Assembly: GCA_963695225.1 (NCBI GenBank)
Contig: OY968762.1
Location: 960,001-1,024,000, forward strand
DNA length: 64,000 nucleotides
Direction of reading: 5' to 3'
Source: Vulcanimicrobiota bacterium
GTDB taxonomy: Bacteria; Vulcanimicrobiota; Vulcanimicrobiia; Vulcanimicrobiales; Vulcanimicrobiaceae
Positions 20,265-30,823 of the stretch are shown piece after piece (positions within the stretch are counted from its first letter, which is position 1; each line of letters opens with the position of its first letter). A model generated the notes under the pieces. The model was given only the letters and a program-made list of their open reading frames with translations. It did no database searches and was not told where the DNA came from. The translations under genes were made by a program, and so were the position numbers.

Positions 20265-21853
20265 CGGCGTACCGCGCCGCCCGCCGGAAGCTCCGCCGCG
20301 GCTTGCGGCAAGCGCAGCGCGAACGTGCTTCCGCCGCCGGTGCGCGGCGAGAAACGGACCTCGCCGCCGTGACTCTCGGCAATGCGCCGCACGATATAGA
20401 GGCCGAGCCCGGAACCCGCGCCCCGGCCGCCGCCGCCGACGACGCGCTGGAAGAGCTGCGGCCGCGCGGCTTCGGGTACTCCGTAGCCGGTATCCTCGAC
20501 GCTCAATTCGGCCGCCCCGTCGCGCACGGCGGCCCGCACCACGATCGCGCCTCCGGCCGGCGTCCAGGCCAGCGCGTTCGCGACGAGGTTGACGAGCGCG
20601 CGGCGCAGCTCCGGGGGATCCGCGAGTACGGCCACGCCGTCGTCCGCTTCGAGCAGCACTTCCAAGCCCTTGCTGCGAGCGAGCACGTCGAGTTCCGCGA
20701 CGACGTCGCGCGCCACGTCCGCGAGTTCGACGCGTTCGCGGCGCGTCGACCGTTCCCCCGATTCGTAGCGGGAAACCAGGAGCAGCGTCTCGGCCAGCCG
20801 CTGCAGCTCGTCGTTGGATTGCAGCGTCCGCTCGAGGATCGCGCGATACGCCTCGGGCAGCGGGCCGTACGCCCCCGCGAGCGCCTGCAGTATCGTCATG
20901 CGCGCCGCGGCGAGCGGCGTGCGCAGATCGTGCGAAAGCGCGTAAACGATGTCGCGGATCACGTCGCCGCGTTCCCGCAACGCGTCGTTCGCGCGCGCGA
21001 GATCCTCGTTGCGCTCGCCGAGCTGGACGAACAACGCGGCTTGGGCCAGCGCGAGCGCCGCCTGATCGCCGTAGTACGCGAGCCCCTCGGCGAAGGTCGC
21101 CTCGAACGGCTCGTCCGCGCGCAACAGCACGAGGACGCCGAAGATCCGATCGTGCTCGACGAGCGGCGCGGCGATCGCATGCGAGTAGCCGAACGCTCCG
21201 AGCAAGAGCCGCCCGAGCGCATCCCCCGCACCGATCGGAACGATCGCGCGATCTTCCGCGACGCGCGACAGTAGTGAGAGCACCGCGGGCGCGGGCCGGT
21301 CGCGCGAGTACTCGACCTCGCCGGAAGGCGTACTCGCGTACGTCACCGGGGCATCGCTGCTCGGCTTGTACGCGTAGAACCTGGCCGCGTCGACGCCGAG
21401 CGAGACGATCGCTTCCCGGACGATCGCGCGTTCGATCAGCTCGACGTTGACGGAGCTACGAATCGCCTCGACCGCGCGCCGCAGCGTGCGTTCGCGCGCG
21501 GCGCGTTCCTGGCGCGCGGCGAGCTCCCCCGCCTGCCGGGCGGACTGCTGCGCCGCAATGCTCAAGCCGCCGACCAGCAAGAACGAGAACCCCGCGATCA
21601 CGCGATCCCCGATCGCGATCGTCTCCCAGCGATAGCCGTCGGCGACGCCGTTCAGATAGCCCGCCGTGACGTTCGCAACGAGCGCGAGGCCGACGAGGAT
21701 CCGCGTGAAACGCGGATCGACCGCCAAGCTGCTGAGCGCGATCGGCCCGTTGAGCAGGATGGCGGCGACGAAGAGTTGCGGCGTGAAGAGGTCGAGGCCC
21801 CACGCTCCGACGAGGAGCCCGACGCACGCCGGGCGGATCCATCGGCCAGGCAC
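20261..21853 (-). CDS. Membrane sensor histidine kinase with GAF domain
   Basis: N-terminal TMs; SHDLRTPL H-box; NLVANA; EDTGYG; GSGLGL. Confidence 0.9.
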   Translation of the reverse strand: MPGRWIRPACVGLLVGAWGLDLFTPQLFVAAILLNGPIALSSLAVDPRFTRILVGLALVANVTAGYLNGVADGYRWETIAIGDRVIAGFSFLLVGGLSIAAQQSARQAGELAARQERAARERTLRRAVEAIRSSVNVELIERAIVREAIVSLGVDAARFYAYKPSSDAPVTYASTPSGEVEYSRDRPAPAVLSLLSRVAEDRAIVPIGAGDALGRLLLGAFGYSHAIAAPLVEHDRIFGVLVLLRADEPFEATFAEGLAYYGDQAALALAQAALFVQLGERNEDLARANDALRERGDVIRDIVYALSHDLRTPLAAARMTILQALAGAYGPLPEAYRAILERTLQSNDELQRLAETLLLVSRYESGERSTRRERVELADVARDVVAELDVLARSKGLEVLLEADDGVAVLADPPELRRALVNLVANALAWTPAGGAIVVRAAVRDGAAELSVEDTGYGVPEAARPQLFQRVVGGGGRGAGSGLGLYIVRRIAESHGGEVRFSPRTGGGSTFALRLPQAAAELPAGGAVRR

Positions 21854-21915
21854 GTCCGTGCGCTTCGCTGCCCGTGCGCCAACATCCGCGCCCCGCCGGC
21901 CAGCTTACGCCGCCG

Positions 21916-22554
21916 CTATCTGCCGGCGCCGTCCAGTGCGAGGTTGAGTTCGAGCACGTTGACGTGCGGCTCGCCGAGGAAGCCGAGTTGGCGCTCCCGC
22001 ACCTGCGCGGCGACGATCGCGCTCACCGCCGCAGGCGACATACCCCGCGCCTTGGCGACGCGCGGCACTTGATAGAACGCGGCTTCGGGCGTGATGTCCG
22101 GATCGATGCCGCTCGCGCTCGAGGTGACGAGGTCCATCGGTATCGGGCCGGTCGCGTCGGGGTTCGCCTTCTTCAGCGCGGCGATCGCAGCGCGCGTGGC
22201 ATCGATGAGCTTCTTGGAGGTCGGCGCGAGGTTCGTGCCGCCCGTCGACGTCGGATCGTACCCCTTCCCCGCTGCAGACGGGCGGCCTTGGAAGTACCGC
22301 GGTTTCGACCAAAGCTGCCCGACGATCTGCGAGCCGGCCGGTTTGCCCCCCACGAAAACGAGCGAACCGGCGGCTTGCCGCGGGAAGAGCAACTGTGCGA
22401 TCCCGGTCATGGCGAGCGGATAGACGATCCCGAGCAGGATCACCGTCACCACCGTGTACGCGACGGCCGTGCCCAAGTGGCGGAGCGTGGAATCGTTCGA
22501 GCGCTCCCGGGGCGTTTCGGGAATGCGCCCGTCGATGGTCAGCGAGCTTTTCAT
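21916..22554 (-). CDS. kdpC: K+-transporting ATPase subunit C
   Basis: GIVYPL..TG.AQ, YFQGRPSAAG, DLVTSSASGIDPDI, GEPHVNVLELNLALD. Confidence 0.95.
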   Translation of the reverse strand: MKSSLTIDGRIPETPRERSNDSTLRHLGTAVAYTVVTVILLGIVYPLAMTGIAQLLFPRQAAGSLVFVGGKPAGSQIVGQLWSKPRYFQGRPSAAGKGYDPTSTGGTNLAPTSKKLIDATRAAIAALKKANPDATGPIPMDLVTSSASGIDPDITPEAAFYQVPRVAKARGMSPAAVSAIVAAQVRERQLGFLGEPHVNVLELNLALDGAGR

Positions 22555-22561
22555 GATGTCC

Positions 22562-24649
22562 CTACGTGAGGTGCAGCGCGGCGAGAATGAGGTCGATGAG
22601 CTTGATCCCGGCGAAGGGCACGAGGATCCCGCCGAAACCGTAGATCAGCACGTTGTCGCGCAGCACGGCGTTCGCACCGCGCGGCTTGTAGGCGACGCCC
22701 CGGAGCGCGAGCGGGATGAGCGCGATGATGATCAGCGCGTTGAAGATGACTGCCGAGAGGATCGCACTCTGCGGCGTCGAGAGGTGCATGACGTTCAGCT
22801 CGTTCATCTCCGGATAGGCGACGGCGAACATCGCGGGGAGGATCGCGAAATACTTCGCGACGTCGTTCGCGATTGAGAACGTCGTCAGGGCGCCGCGGGT
22901 CATCAGCAGCTGCTTGCCGATCTCGACGATCTCGATCAACTTCGTCGGGTCCGAATCGAGATCGACCATGTTGGCCGCTTCCTTGGCAGCCTGCGTCCCG
23001 GAGTTCATCGCGACGCCGACGTCCGCTTGCGCGAGTGCGGGAGCGTCGTTCGTGCCGTCGCCCGTCATCGCGACGAGACGCCCCGCGAACTGCTCGCGCT
23101 TGATCAGCGACATCTTCGTCTCCGGCGTCGCCTCGGCGAGGAAGTCGTCGACGCCCGCTTCGCGCGCGATCGCGCTCGCGGTGAGCGGATTGTCGCCCGT
23201 GACCATGACGGTGCGGATGCCCATCGCCCGCATGCGGTCGAAGCGCTCGCGCATATTCGGCTTGAGGATGTCCTTGAGGTGGATGACGCCCAGCACCGTC
23301 GCGTCGCGGGCGAGCAGCAGCGGCGTTCCTCCGGCGCGCGCGATTCGCTCGACTTCGGAGCCCAGGATCATCTCGTCGGTCACGGCAACGTTGCCGGCGC
23401 TCGTGCGCGAGCGGACCCACGCGCGGACCGCATCCGGCGCGCCCTTGCGAATCGCGCCGCCGTCCGGCAGATCGAGCCCGCTCATGCGCGTGTATGCGCT
23501 GAACGGCACGAACTGCGCGCCCGCCGGAACGGCGCCGTTCCCGTTCCCTCCGACGAGCCCGTCGCGTTCGGCGAGCGCGACGATCGAGCGCCCTTCCGGC
23601 GTCTCATCCGCCAGCGAGGAGTAGTACGCCGCCCGCGCGGCCTCAGCCGGTGCAATGCCGGCGGCCGGGATGATTTCGCTCGCCTGCCGGTTACCGAGCG
23701 TGATCGTTCCCGTCTTGTCGAGCAGAAGCGTGTCGACGTCGCCGGCGGCTTCGACGGCGCGCCCGCTCACGGCGAGCACGTTACGCTGCAGCACGCGGTC
23801 CATTCCCGCGATGCCGATCGCCGAGAGCAAGCCGCCGATCGTCGTCGGGATCAGGCAGACGAGCAGCGCGATCAGGACGGTCACGCTCGGCACGGTCCCG
23901 GCGTACAGCGAGAACGGTCCGAGCGTCGCGACCGCGATCACGAAGATGATCGTCAAGCCCGCGAGCAGGATGGAGAGCGCGATCTCGTTCGGCGTCTTCT
24001 GCCGAGTCGCGCCTTCGACGAGCGCGATCATCCGGTCGAGAAACGTCTCGCCCGGATTCGAGCTGATGCGCACCACGATGTGGTCGGAGAGGACGCGCGT
24101 CCCGCCCGTCACCGCACTGCGGTCGCCGCCGGATTCACGGATGACCGGCGCCGATTCGCCCGTGATCGCGGATTCGTCGACGGAGGCGGCGCCCTCGATG
24201 ACGTCGCCGTCGCCGGGAAGGAGTTCCCCCGCTTCGACGCGCACGACGTCGCCGGCACGCAGTTCCGTCGCTCCGACCGTCACGAACTTGCCGTCGACGA
24301 GTTTGCGCGCTTGCGTATCGCTCTTCGTGCGGCGCAGAAACTCGGCTTGCGCCTTCCCACGCCCTTCGGCGACGGCCTCCGCGAAGTTCGCGAAGAGCAC
24401 GGTGAACCACAGCCACACGGCGATCGCGAAGTCGAAGCCGGCGTTCTTCCCCCCCGCCAAGGCGAGATCCCGAAACAGGAAGAGCGTCACGGCGAGCGAG
24501 CCGATCAGGACGATGAACATGACGGGGTTCTTGGCCTGCACCCGCGGATCGAGTTTGACGAACGAATCCGCGACCGCGCGCGTCAGGATCGCGCGATCGA
24601 AGAGGGAGCGCGCCTTCGGGCGGCGCTCGAGACGGCTGGCCGGAATCAT
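22562..24649 (-). CDS. kdpB: K+-transporting ATPase subunit B
   Basis: [24 protein letters not shown]. Confidence 0.97.
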   Translation of the reverse strand: MIPASRLERRPKARSLFDRAILTRAVADSFVKLDPRVQAKNPVMFIVLIGSLAVTLFLFRDLALAGGKNAGFDFAIAVWLWFTVLFANFAEAVAEGRGKAQAEFLRRTKSDTQARKLVDGKFVTVGATELRAGDVVRVEAGELLPGDGDVIEGAASVDESAITGESAPVIRESGGDRSAVTGGTRVLSDHIVVRISSNPGETFLDRMIALVEGATRQKTPNEIALSILLAGLTIIFVIAVATLGPFSLYAGTVPSVTVLIALLVCLIPTTIGGLLSAIGIAGMDRVLQRNVLAVSGRAVEAAGDVDTLLLDKTGTITLGNRQASEIIPAAGIAPAEAARAAYYSSLADETPEGRSIVALAERDGLVGGNGNGAVPAGAQFVPFSAYTRMSGLDLPDGGAIRKGAPDAVRAWVRSRTSAGNVAVTDEMILGSEVERIARAGGTPLLLARDATVLGVIHLKDILKPNMRERFDRMRAMGIRTVMVTGDNPLTASAIAREAGVDDFLAEATPETKMSLIKREQFAGRLVAMTGDGTNDAPALAQADVGVAMNSGTQAAKEAANMVDLDSDPTKLIEIVEIGKQLLMTRGALTTFSIANDVAKYFAILPAMFAVAYPEMNELNVMHLSTPQSAILSAVIFNALIIIALIPLALRGVAYKPRGANAVLRDNVLIYGFGGILVPFAGIKLIDLILAALHLT

Positions 24650-26349
24650 CAGAACGTCTTCCCTTCGAGCAATTGCAGGTGCTCGACGATCGGCCCGAGT
24701 GCATCGGCCGGGAAAAACGTCAGCGCACCGACGATGACAATGACGCCGAGCAAGAGCACGACGAACGTAGGCGAGGACGTGCTGAACGTGCCGACTGTCG
24801 CGGGGACGCTCTTCTTCCCCGCCAGCGAACCGGCGAGCGCGACAGCCGGCACGATGAACAGGAACCTCCCGCAGATCATCGCGACGCCCGTCAAGAGGTC
24901 GAGGAACGTGTTCCCGCCGATGCCCGCGAACGCGCTGCCGTTGTTCTCCGTCGTCGACGTGAACATATAGAGGATCTCGGAGAAGCCGTGCGCCGCGCTG
25001 TTGCCGAGCGTCGCAACGCCGGGCGGCACCAGCACGGATATCGCGGTCGGAACGAGCGCGAATACCGGGAGCACGAGCGCCCCGAGGATCGCGAGCTTCA
25101 CCTCGCGGCTCTCGATTTTCTTGCCGAGATACTCGGGCGTGCGGCCGACCATCAGCCCTGCGATGAACACGGTCAGCACGACGAAGAGGATCATCCCGTA
25201 GAGCCCGGTACCGACGCCGCCGAAAACGATCTCGCCGAGTTGCATGTTCACGAGCGGAACGAGCCCGCCGAGCGGCGTGAAGGAATCGTGCATCGAGTTC
25301 ACGGCGCCGGTCGACGTATCGGTCGAGATCGTGCCGAACAGCGCCGAGGCCGCGGCCCCGAAGCGGACCTCTTTCCCTTCGAGGTTCGGGCCCGGCGCGC
25401 CGAGCGCGTGAACGATCGGGTTACCGGCCGCCTCGAAGGCGTACGCCGTGGCGAATCCGCCGGCGAACAGCACGCTCATCGCGGCGAACAGCGCCCAGCC
25501 TTGACGTTGGTCCTTCACGTAGCGGCCGTAGACGTACGTCAGCCCGGCGGAGATGCCGAACATCGCGAGCATCTCGAGCAGATTGCTGAGTGCGGTCGGA
25601 TTCTCGTTCGGCGAAGCCGCGTTCGCGTTCACGAAGCCGCCGCCGTTCGTGCCGAGTTCCTTGATGATCTCCTGCGAGGCCATCGGGCCGCCGGTGATCG
25701 ATTGTTTGAAACCTTCGAGCGAGGAGACGTCGAGGTACGGATGGAGATTCTGAGGCATCCCCTGCCACACCAGCGCGAGCCCGCCGACCACGCTCAACGG
25801 AATCAAGACGTAGAGGAGCGCGCGCGTCAGATCGACCCAGAAGTTCCCGAGACCCTTGCCGTCGGTGCGCGCGACGCCGCGGATCACCGCCACCGCCACC
25901 GCGATGCCGGCCGCCGCCGAGACGAAGTTGTGCCAGGCCAGGCCCGCCATCTGCGAGAGATAGCTCATCGTGCTCTCGCCCGAGTAGAACTGCCAATTCG
26001 TGTTCGTCATGAAACTGACGGCCGTGTTCCAGGCGAGGTCCGGCGCGAGGTTGTCGAAGCCTTGCGGATTGAACGGGAGCCACTTCTGCGTTCTCAACAG
26101 CACGTAGAGATAGAGCAGCCCGACCAAGCTGAAGGCGAAGAGCGCGAACAGGTAACCGGAGGCCGTCATCTCCTTTTCAGGATCGATGCGGCAGATGCGA
26201 TAGAACGCACGCTCGACGGGCACGAACGCCGGCGAAAGCCAAGTCCGCTCGCCCGCAAAGACGCGCGCCATGTAGGCCCCGAGCGGCTTCGTCAACGCGA
26301 GGATCAACGCGAAGAACACGCCTGCTTGGAGCCAGCCGTAGATGGTCAC
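24649..26349 (-). CDS. kdpA: K+-transporting ATPase subunit A
   Basis: [49 protein letters not shown]. Confidence 0.97.
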   Translation of the reverse strand: MTIYGWLQAGVFFALILALTKPLGAYMARVFAGERTWLSPAFVPVERAFYRICRIDPEKEMTASGYLFALFAFSLVGLLYLYVLLRTQKWLPFNPQGFDNLAPDLAWNTAVSFMTNTNWQFYSGESTMSYLSQMAGLAWHNFVSAAAGIAVAVAVIRGVARTDGKGLGNFWVDLTRALLYVLIPLSVVGGLALVWQGMPQNLHPYLDVSSLEGFKQSITGGPMASQEIIKELGTNGGGFVNANAASPNENPTALSNLLEMLAMFGISAGLTYVYGRYVKDQRQGWALFAAMSVLFAGGFATAYAFEAAGNPIVHALGAPGPNLEGKEVRFGAAASALFGTISTDTSTGAVNSMHDSFTPLGGLVPLVNMQLGEIVFGGVGTGLYGMILFVVLTVFIAGLMVGRTPEYLGKKIESREVKLAILGALVLPVFALVPTAISVLVPPGVATLGNSAAHGFSEILYMFTSTTENNGSAFAGIGGNTFLDLLTGVAMICGRFLFIVPAVALAGSLAGKKSVPATVGTFSTSSPTFVVLLLGVIVIVGALTFFPADALGPIVEHLQLLEGKTF

Positions 26350-26359
26350 GATGCAGCTC

Positions 26360-26455
26360 CTAAAACTTTTCGGGACGCAGCAGCGCGTACGTCAAGTACG
26401 CGAGGCTGAGCGCGGCAAGAGCCAGGCCTAGGGCATAATCGAACGTCGCCGCCAT
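26360..26455 (-). CDS. kdpF: KdpF peptide
   Basis: Manual translation MAATFDYALGLALAALSLAYLTYALLRPEKF, with the KdpF-type YL.YALLRPEKF tail, directly before kdpA. Confidence 0.88.
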   Translation of the reverse strand: MAATFDYALGLALAALSLAYLTYALLRPEKF

Positions 26456-26457
26456 TT

Positions 26458-26550
26458 TCAGATACGCTCGCAAGCCCGCGTGTACGCGTCGAAGACCGCA
26501 AACGCGAGCAACGTGAGGCCGAGAACCGTAAGCTCCAGCAAGATCATCAC
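26458..26550 (-). CDS. Second small hydrophobic kdp peptide (KdpZ-like)
   Basis: MMILLELTVLGLTLLAFAVFDAYTRACERI; stop 2 nt before kdpF; TGcTAGGAT -10 lies 7 nt before the GTG. Confidence 0.65.
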   Translation of the reverse strand: MMILLELTVLGLTLLAFAVFDAYTRACERI

Positions 26551-26636
26551 GCGCCGAATCCTAGCAACCCGGCGCCCCCTGCGACAGCCGCCGAACGGAT
26601 GATCCGCTCGGACACGCCCCATGCGGCAGGCTGCGG

Positions 26637-29600
26637 CTAGAGGCCGCGGTTCCAGGGCGCGGCGGCAAACGTAACGCGCGAAGGCTCGTCCGGGATCGCG
26701 GCGAGCCTCTCTCGAAAGAGCTGCCCTGCCCGCTCCTTCAGCTCGCGCGCGGCGCTCCGGTCCCCCGCGCGTTCGTAGGCGGAAGCGGCGACCGCGAGCG
26801 CCTGTTGCGGGGCGAAGAGGTCGTCGCGCCGCTCGCGCGCGAGGAGCACGAGCTCCCGCGCCACGGTCGCGGCGTCGGCGATGCGCCCCGCACCCAGATA
26901 GGCGCTTGCGAGCACCGCGAGATCGGCTGCCAAACTCGCCATTCGGCGCTGTCTGCGCCGCTCCGCGATCGTGCCGAGCAGCCCGCGCAGAGCGCCCCCG
27001 AACCGGCCGCGTTGGACCTCTATGCGCGCGCGCAGCGATCCGAGATCGAGCCCTACGTCGCGCGCTCTGAGCGTCCGCCCCAGCCGCTCCGCATCGGCGG
27101 CGAGCGCTTCCGCTTCCTCGAACTCCCCGCCTGCGACGAGGATTTCGGCGAAGTTCAGGCGCGCGCTCAATTCGCTCGCCGGCAGCTCGTGCTCGCGCGA
27201 AAGCGCGATCGCCTTCTCGAATTCGTATCTGCTCGTCGCGAAATCGCCGACGCGATAGGCGGCGATCCCGTCGTAGACCGCGTTCTCCGCGAAATCCCCA
27301 GGCCGGCCGACGCGGGCGAAGAGCGCCTTCGCGCTCTCGAGGCGGTTTCGCGCTTCGCGGATGCGGAACGTGAAGAGCGCCGTCAATCCGGCATCGCGCA
27401 GGGCGAACGCCTCCAAGATGCGGTCGCCGGCGGCTTCCGCCTGCGCGAGGAACTGCCGGGCGCTTTCGTAGGCCGCCCCGAACCGCTCCGAGAGCGTCTC
27501 AGCGACGCAAGTGGCATGCATCGTGCGCAGCACGAGCGTATGCGAGCCCGCTCGCGCGGCTGCAGCCCTGGCCTTTCCGGCAACCTCCTCGAAGCGCCCG
27601 CTCGTCCTGCGGGCAACCTCGAATTGCATCAGCAGCGAATGCACCTCGCCGACCGGATCGCCGCTCGCGCCGAACAGTTCGACCGCAGTGCTTAGGATCG
27701 GCATCGCACGCCGGTATTCGGAACGTTCGATCAACGCCGCCGCGTGCTCCGCAAGGACGCGAGCCTTCCACACCGCATCGTCGCCCGTGGTCCTTTCGAA
27801 GCGAGCGAGGAGATCCGCCGCCGCATCACGGTCGCCGACGGCGTTCGCAAGCCGGACGCCGCGGTAGAGCCATTCCCGCCGGATCTCGGCGTCGTCCAGC
27901 GCGTCGGCGATGCCGGCCAGCTCGTCGAGGGCCTTGCGCTGCTCCGCGCGATTCCCCGCCCGCCGGTGCGCTTCGTCCGCAGAAAGGAGCAGCGCCGCGC
28001 GGAGGCGCGGATCGGTCGCGTGCGCCAATCCACGCTGCGCGAAACGGAGCGCATCCTCGTTCGCGAAGATGTCGAGCGCCGCCAGGGCGGCGTCGCGGAA
28101 ATACGCCGCCGCGCGTTCGGGCTCGCCGCCGAGATCGAAGTGGACCGCGAGTTGCCCGATCAGTTCGATGTTCCTCGGCAGATCCGCCGCCGTCTTCTCC
28201 AGCACGTTCGCGATCCTGCGATGCCGCCGCCGACGCGTGGCGGTGCCGTTCAGGGCGTAGACCGCCGCGTGGACGAGGTGGTGCGAGAATGCATACTCCG
28301 ATCGATCCGATCTCCCGATCTCGCGCAGGATCTGGTGCTCCAACAGCTCGTCGAGCGCATCTAGGAGGCGGCTCTCGCCCCAACCGCTCGCATCGTGGAG
28401 GACTTCGAGGCTGAACGCGTTCCCCGCGACGGCCGCGAGCTGCGCCGCCGCCTGCGCATCGGAGGAGAGTCGTGCTACGCGAGCCTCGATCAACAAGCCG
28501 ACCGTGCGCGGAACGCTCTCGTCGGCGTCGCCCCCGGCGGCCGGCGCGTCGCGCAACAACTCGGAGAGGAAGAACGGATTCCCGTCGCTGTGCCGGAGCA
28601 GGCGGAGCGCGACCTCGTCCTGCTCCCCGTTCATCCCCGCGGCGTTCGCGCACGCCCCGACGATCGCGCGGACGCTCTCGAGGTCGAGCGGGCCGAGCGC
28701 GAGATGGGAGAGCGCGCCCTCCCCGGCGAGCCGCCGGCGCATGGCGCGCAGCGGATGGTCGCGCAGCGCCTCCTCCTCGCGATAGGTCGCAACGAGCATG
28801 ACCCGCGAGCGCCGCATCGCCCGGGCGAGATACTCGACGAGGGCGATCGTCGCCGTCGAGGCCCAGTGCAGATCTTCGAGTACGACGAGAAGCGGGGTGC
28901 GACCAGAGGCAGCGACGAGCGCCTCCGCGAGCGATTCGAAGATGCGCATCTGCTGGTAGGGCGAACCGATCCTCGGCGCCGGACCCGCGGGCACTTGCAG
29001 CTCCGGGAAGATCCTCGCGAGCGTGGCGCGGCGCGCGGGGCGGCGTTCGGAGGCTCCGATCTCTTCGATGTGCGAGCGCAGCGCATCGACGACCGGCTCG
29101 TACGGGACGTGGTGGCTCGCCGAGGTCGAACCGCGCAAGACGAGCGCGCCCTCGCGCCGCGCGTGCTCGGCAAGCGCTTCGCAGAGCCGCGACTTGCCGA
29201 TCCCTGCCTCGCCGCCGATCAGCGTGAACGAACCGCGTCCCTGGGTTGCGCGTGCGAAGGACGTCGCGAGCGCGTCCAGTTCCCGCTCCCGCCCGACGAG
29301 CGGCAAGGTCCGCGCGCCGAGCGACGGTGGGAAAGCGCCCGGAGCCGCTCCGGAGAGGTCGCCGAGGGCGCGTTCGTACGCCGCGGCCGTCTCGGCTGTC
29401 GGAGCGACCCCCATCTCCTCGAGCAGGCGCTTCGAGAAGCGGCGGAACTCCGCGATCGCCCCCGATCGGTCGCCGAGCGCGTGGCGGATCTCGACGATCT
29501 GGCGGATCACGTCTTCGCGCCACGGTTCGAGCGCCGAAAGCCTCGTCGCGTACGTCAGCGCTCGCGTGAAGTCGCGCTGCGCGCGGGCCTCGGCGATGAG

Positions 29601-30113
29601 TTCCGCATAGTTCGCGAGTTGAAGATTCCGCAAGCGCTCGCGCTCGTAGTACAGCCACTCGTCGTCGCACGCTTCGAGCAGGTCGCCGGAGTACAGTTCC
29701 AGCGCTTGCGCCCTACCCGCCGGGGAGGCGCTGAGGCGTTCGAATTCCTCGACGTCGAATTCGAACGGGCTCGCCCGGTTCCAGTGCAGCGTGCGCGAGC
29801 CGCCGATCAGCCACGGCTGCTCCGGGGCCGGCGGCGGCAGCGCCCGTTGCAAGTATTGCAGGTGCCGGCGCAGGTTCGAGCGCCCGTCGGACTCGTCGGC
29901 GTCCGGCCAGATCGCCGCGGCGAGGCGCTCCCGCGGAATGAGGGGCTCCCGATGGAGCAGCAGGTAGGCGAGCAGCGGCAGGGTCCGCGGCGGCGCGGAA
30001 AACGCAAACGCCCCTCCGGGCCCCGCGAAACGAGCGGCCCCAAGAAGGGCGATCCGCAGAATGGGCGGGGCTGCAACTCCCGGCGAGCGGGACTGCGGCG
30101 GCGGCACGGTCAT
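26637..30113 (-). CDS. SARP/BTAD + AAA ATPase + TPR transcriptional regulator
   Basis: LLAYLLL..RE.LA..IWPD, LYSGDLL, EPWRED, GEAGIGKS Walker A, LEDLHWA, GNPFFL, TPR-like C-terminus. Confidence 0.87.
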   Translation of the reverse strand: MTVPPPQSRSPGVAAPPILRIALLGAARFAGPGGAFAFSAPPRTLPLLAYLLLHREPLIPRERLAAAIWPDADESDGRSNLRRHLQYLQRALPPPAPEQPWLIGGSRTLHWNRASPFEFDVEEFERLSASPAGRAQALELYSGDLLEACDDEWLYYERERLRNLQLANYAELIAEARAQRDFTRALTYATRLSALEPWREDVIRQIVEIRHALGDRSGAIAEFRRFSKRLLEEMGVAPTAETAAAYERALGDLSGAAPGAFPPSLGARTLPLVGRERELDALATSFARATQGRGSFTLIGGEAGIGKSRLCEALAEHARREGALVLRGSTSASHHVPYEPVVDALRSHIEEIGASERRPARRATLARIFPELQVPAGPAPRIGSPYQQMRIFESLAEALVAASGRTPLLVVLEDLHWASTATIALVEYLARAMRRSRVMLVATYREEEALRDHPLRAMRRRLAGEGALSHLALGPLDLESVRAIVGACANAAGMNGEQDEVALRLLRHSDGNPFFLSELLRDAPAAGGDADESVPRTVGLLIEARVARLSSDAQAAAQLAAVAGNAFSLEVLHDASGWGESRLLDALDELLEHQILREIGRSDRSEYAFSHHLVHAAVYALNGTATRRRRHRRIANVLEKTAADLPRNIELIGQLAVHFDLGGEPERAAAYFRDAALAALDIFANEDALRFAQRGLAHATDPRLRAALLLSADEAHRRAGNRAEQRKALDELAGIADALDDAEIRREWLYRGVRLANAVGDRDAAADLLARFERTTGDDAVWKARVLAEHAAALIERSEYRRAMPILSTAVELFGASGDPVGEVHSLLMQFEVARRTSGRFEEVAGKARAAAARAGSHTLVLRTMHATCVAETLSERFGAAYESARQFLAQAEAAGDRILEAFALRDAGLTALFTFRIREARNRLESAKALFARVGRPGDFAENAVYDGIAAYRVGDFATSRYEFEKAIALSREHELPASELSARLNFAEILVAGGEFEEAEALAADAERLGRTLRARDVGLDLGSLRARIEVQRGRFGGALRGLLGTIAERRRQRRMASLAADLAVLASAYLGAGRIADAATVARELVLLARERRDDLFAPQQALAVAASAYERAGDRSAARELKERAGQLFRERLAAIPDEPSRVTFAAAPWNRGL

Positions 30114-30202
30114 ACGGTCATAGTGTAGCTTCCGGCCGGATCGAAGGCCTAGAGCGAGCGGCGGCGTCCGACCCTATTGTGACGCCGCCGCCCTGCACGC
30201 CG

Positions 30203-30751
30203 TCAGCGCGTCTGCCGGAGCGAGCGGGTGACCTGGAGGACGACCGTCGAGTTCTTCGGGATCGTCACGTTCTCGCGGCTGTTCTTCGCGAGCATATAGC
30301 CGCCGCCGGCACCCAGCAGGCCGCCCACGCCCACCCCGACCGCCTTGCCGATGATGTTCCCGACGATCATGCCGCCGACGGCTCCGCCGACTTCCTTGAG
30401 CGTATTGTTCTTCGTGTTCGTCTGCGCGCTGACGGTCGTCCCGTTGAGCGTGTAGACGTTCCCCGCGGCCGTGTTGATCTTGTCGTACGCGAGCTGGATC
30501 TTGCCGGGGCGCCCCTGCCCCGCGCGCTCCACGCTTGCGACGTGTCCGTACACTTTGGCGCCGTTGATGTTGCGGTTCTGCGAGTGGACGTTCGAGAGCG
30601 TGAAGCCGGTGCCGACCTGCGCGGACGCCGAGCTGATGTCCTGGTCGAGCGTTCCGACGAGTTCCGTGCCGGGGATGATCTGCGCGGATGCGGCCAGAGG
30701 TGAGAACGCGAGCATTCCCGAGGCGACGATAACGGCTAGTTTGCGGATCAT
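30203..30751 (-). CDS. Secreted protein with glycine-zipper segment
   Basis: Signal peptide; GGAVGGMIVGNIIG..GGLLGAGGG. Confidence 0.7.
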   Translation of the reverse strand: MIRKLAVIVASGMLAFSPLAASAQIIPGTELVGTLDQDISSASAQVGTGFTLSNVHSQNRNINGAKVYGHVASVERAGQGRPGKIQLAYDKINTAAGNVYTLNGTTVSAQTNTKNNTLKEVGGAVGGMIVGNIIGKAVGVGVGGLLGAGGGYMLAKNSRENVTIPKNSTVVLQVTRSLRQTR

Positions 30752-30823
30752 AGCGTCCGAAGACTCCTCTTTAACGGTAGCGAGCTTGGTGCGCCGCGCG
30801 GAGCGGCTGACACGTGTGGAGGG

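Noticed and set aside
26637..30113. Avs/STAND anti-phage system
   Set aside because: The N-terminus is a SARP-type DNA-binding/BTAD module with no nuclease or other effector, so an ordinary regulator is more likely.
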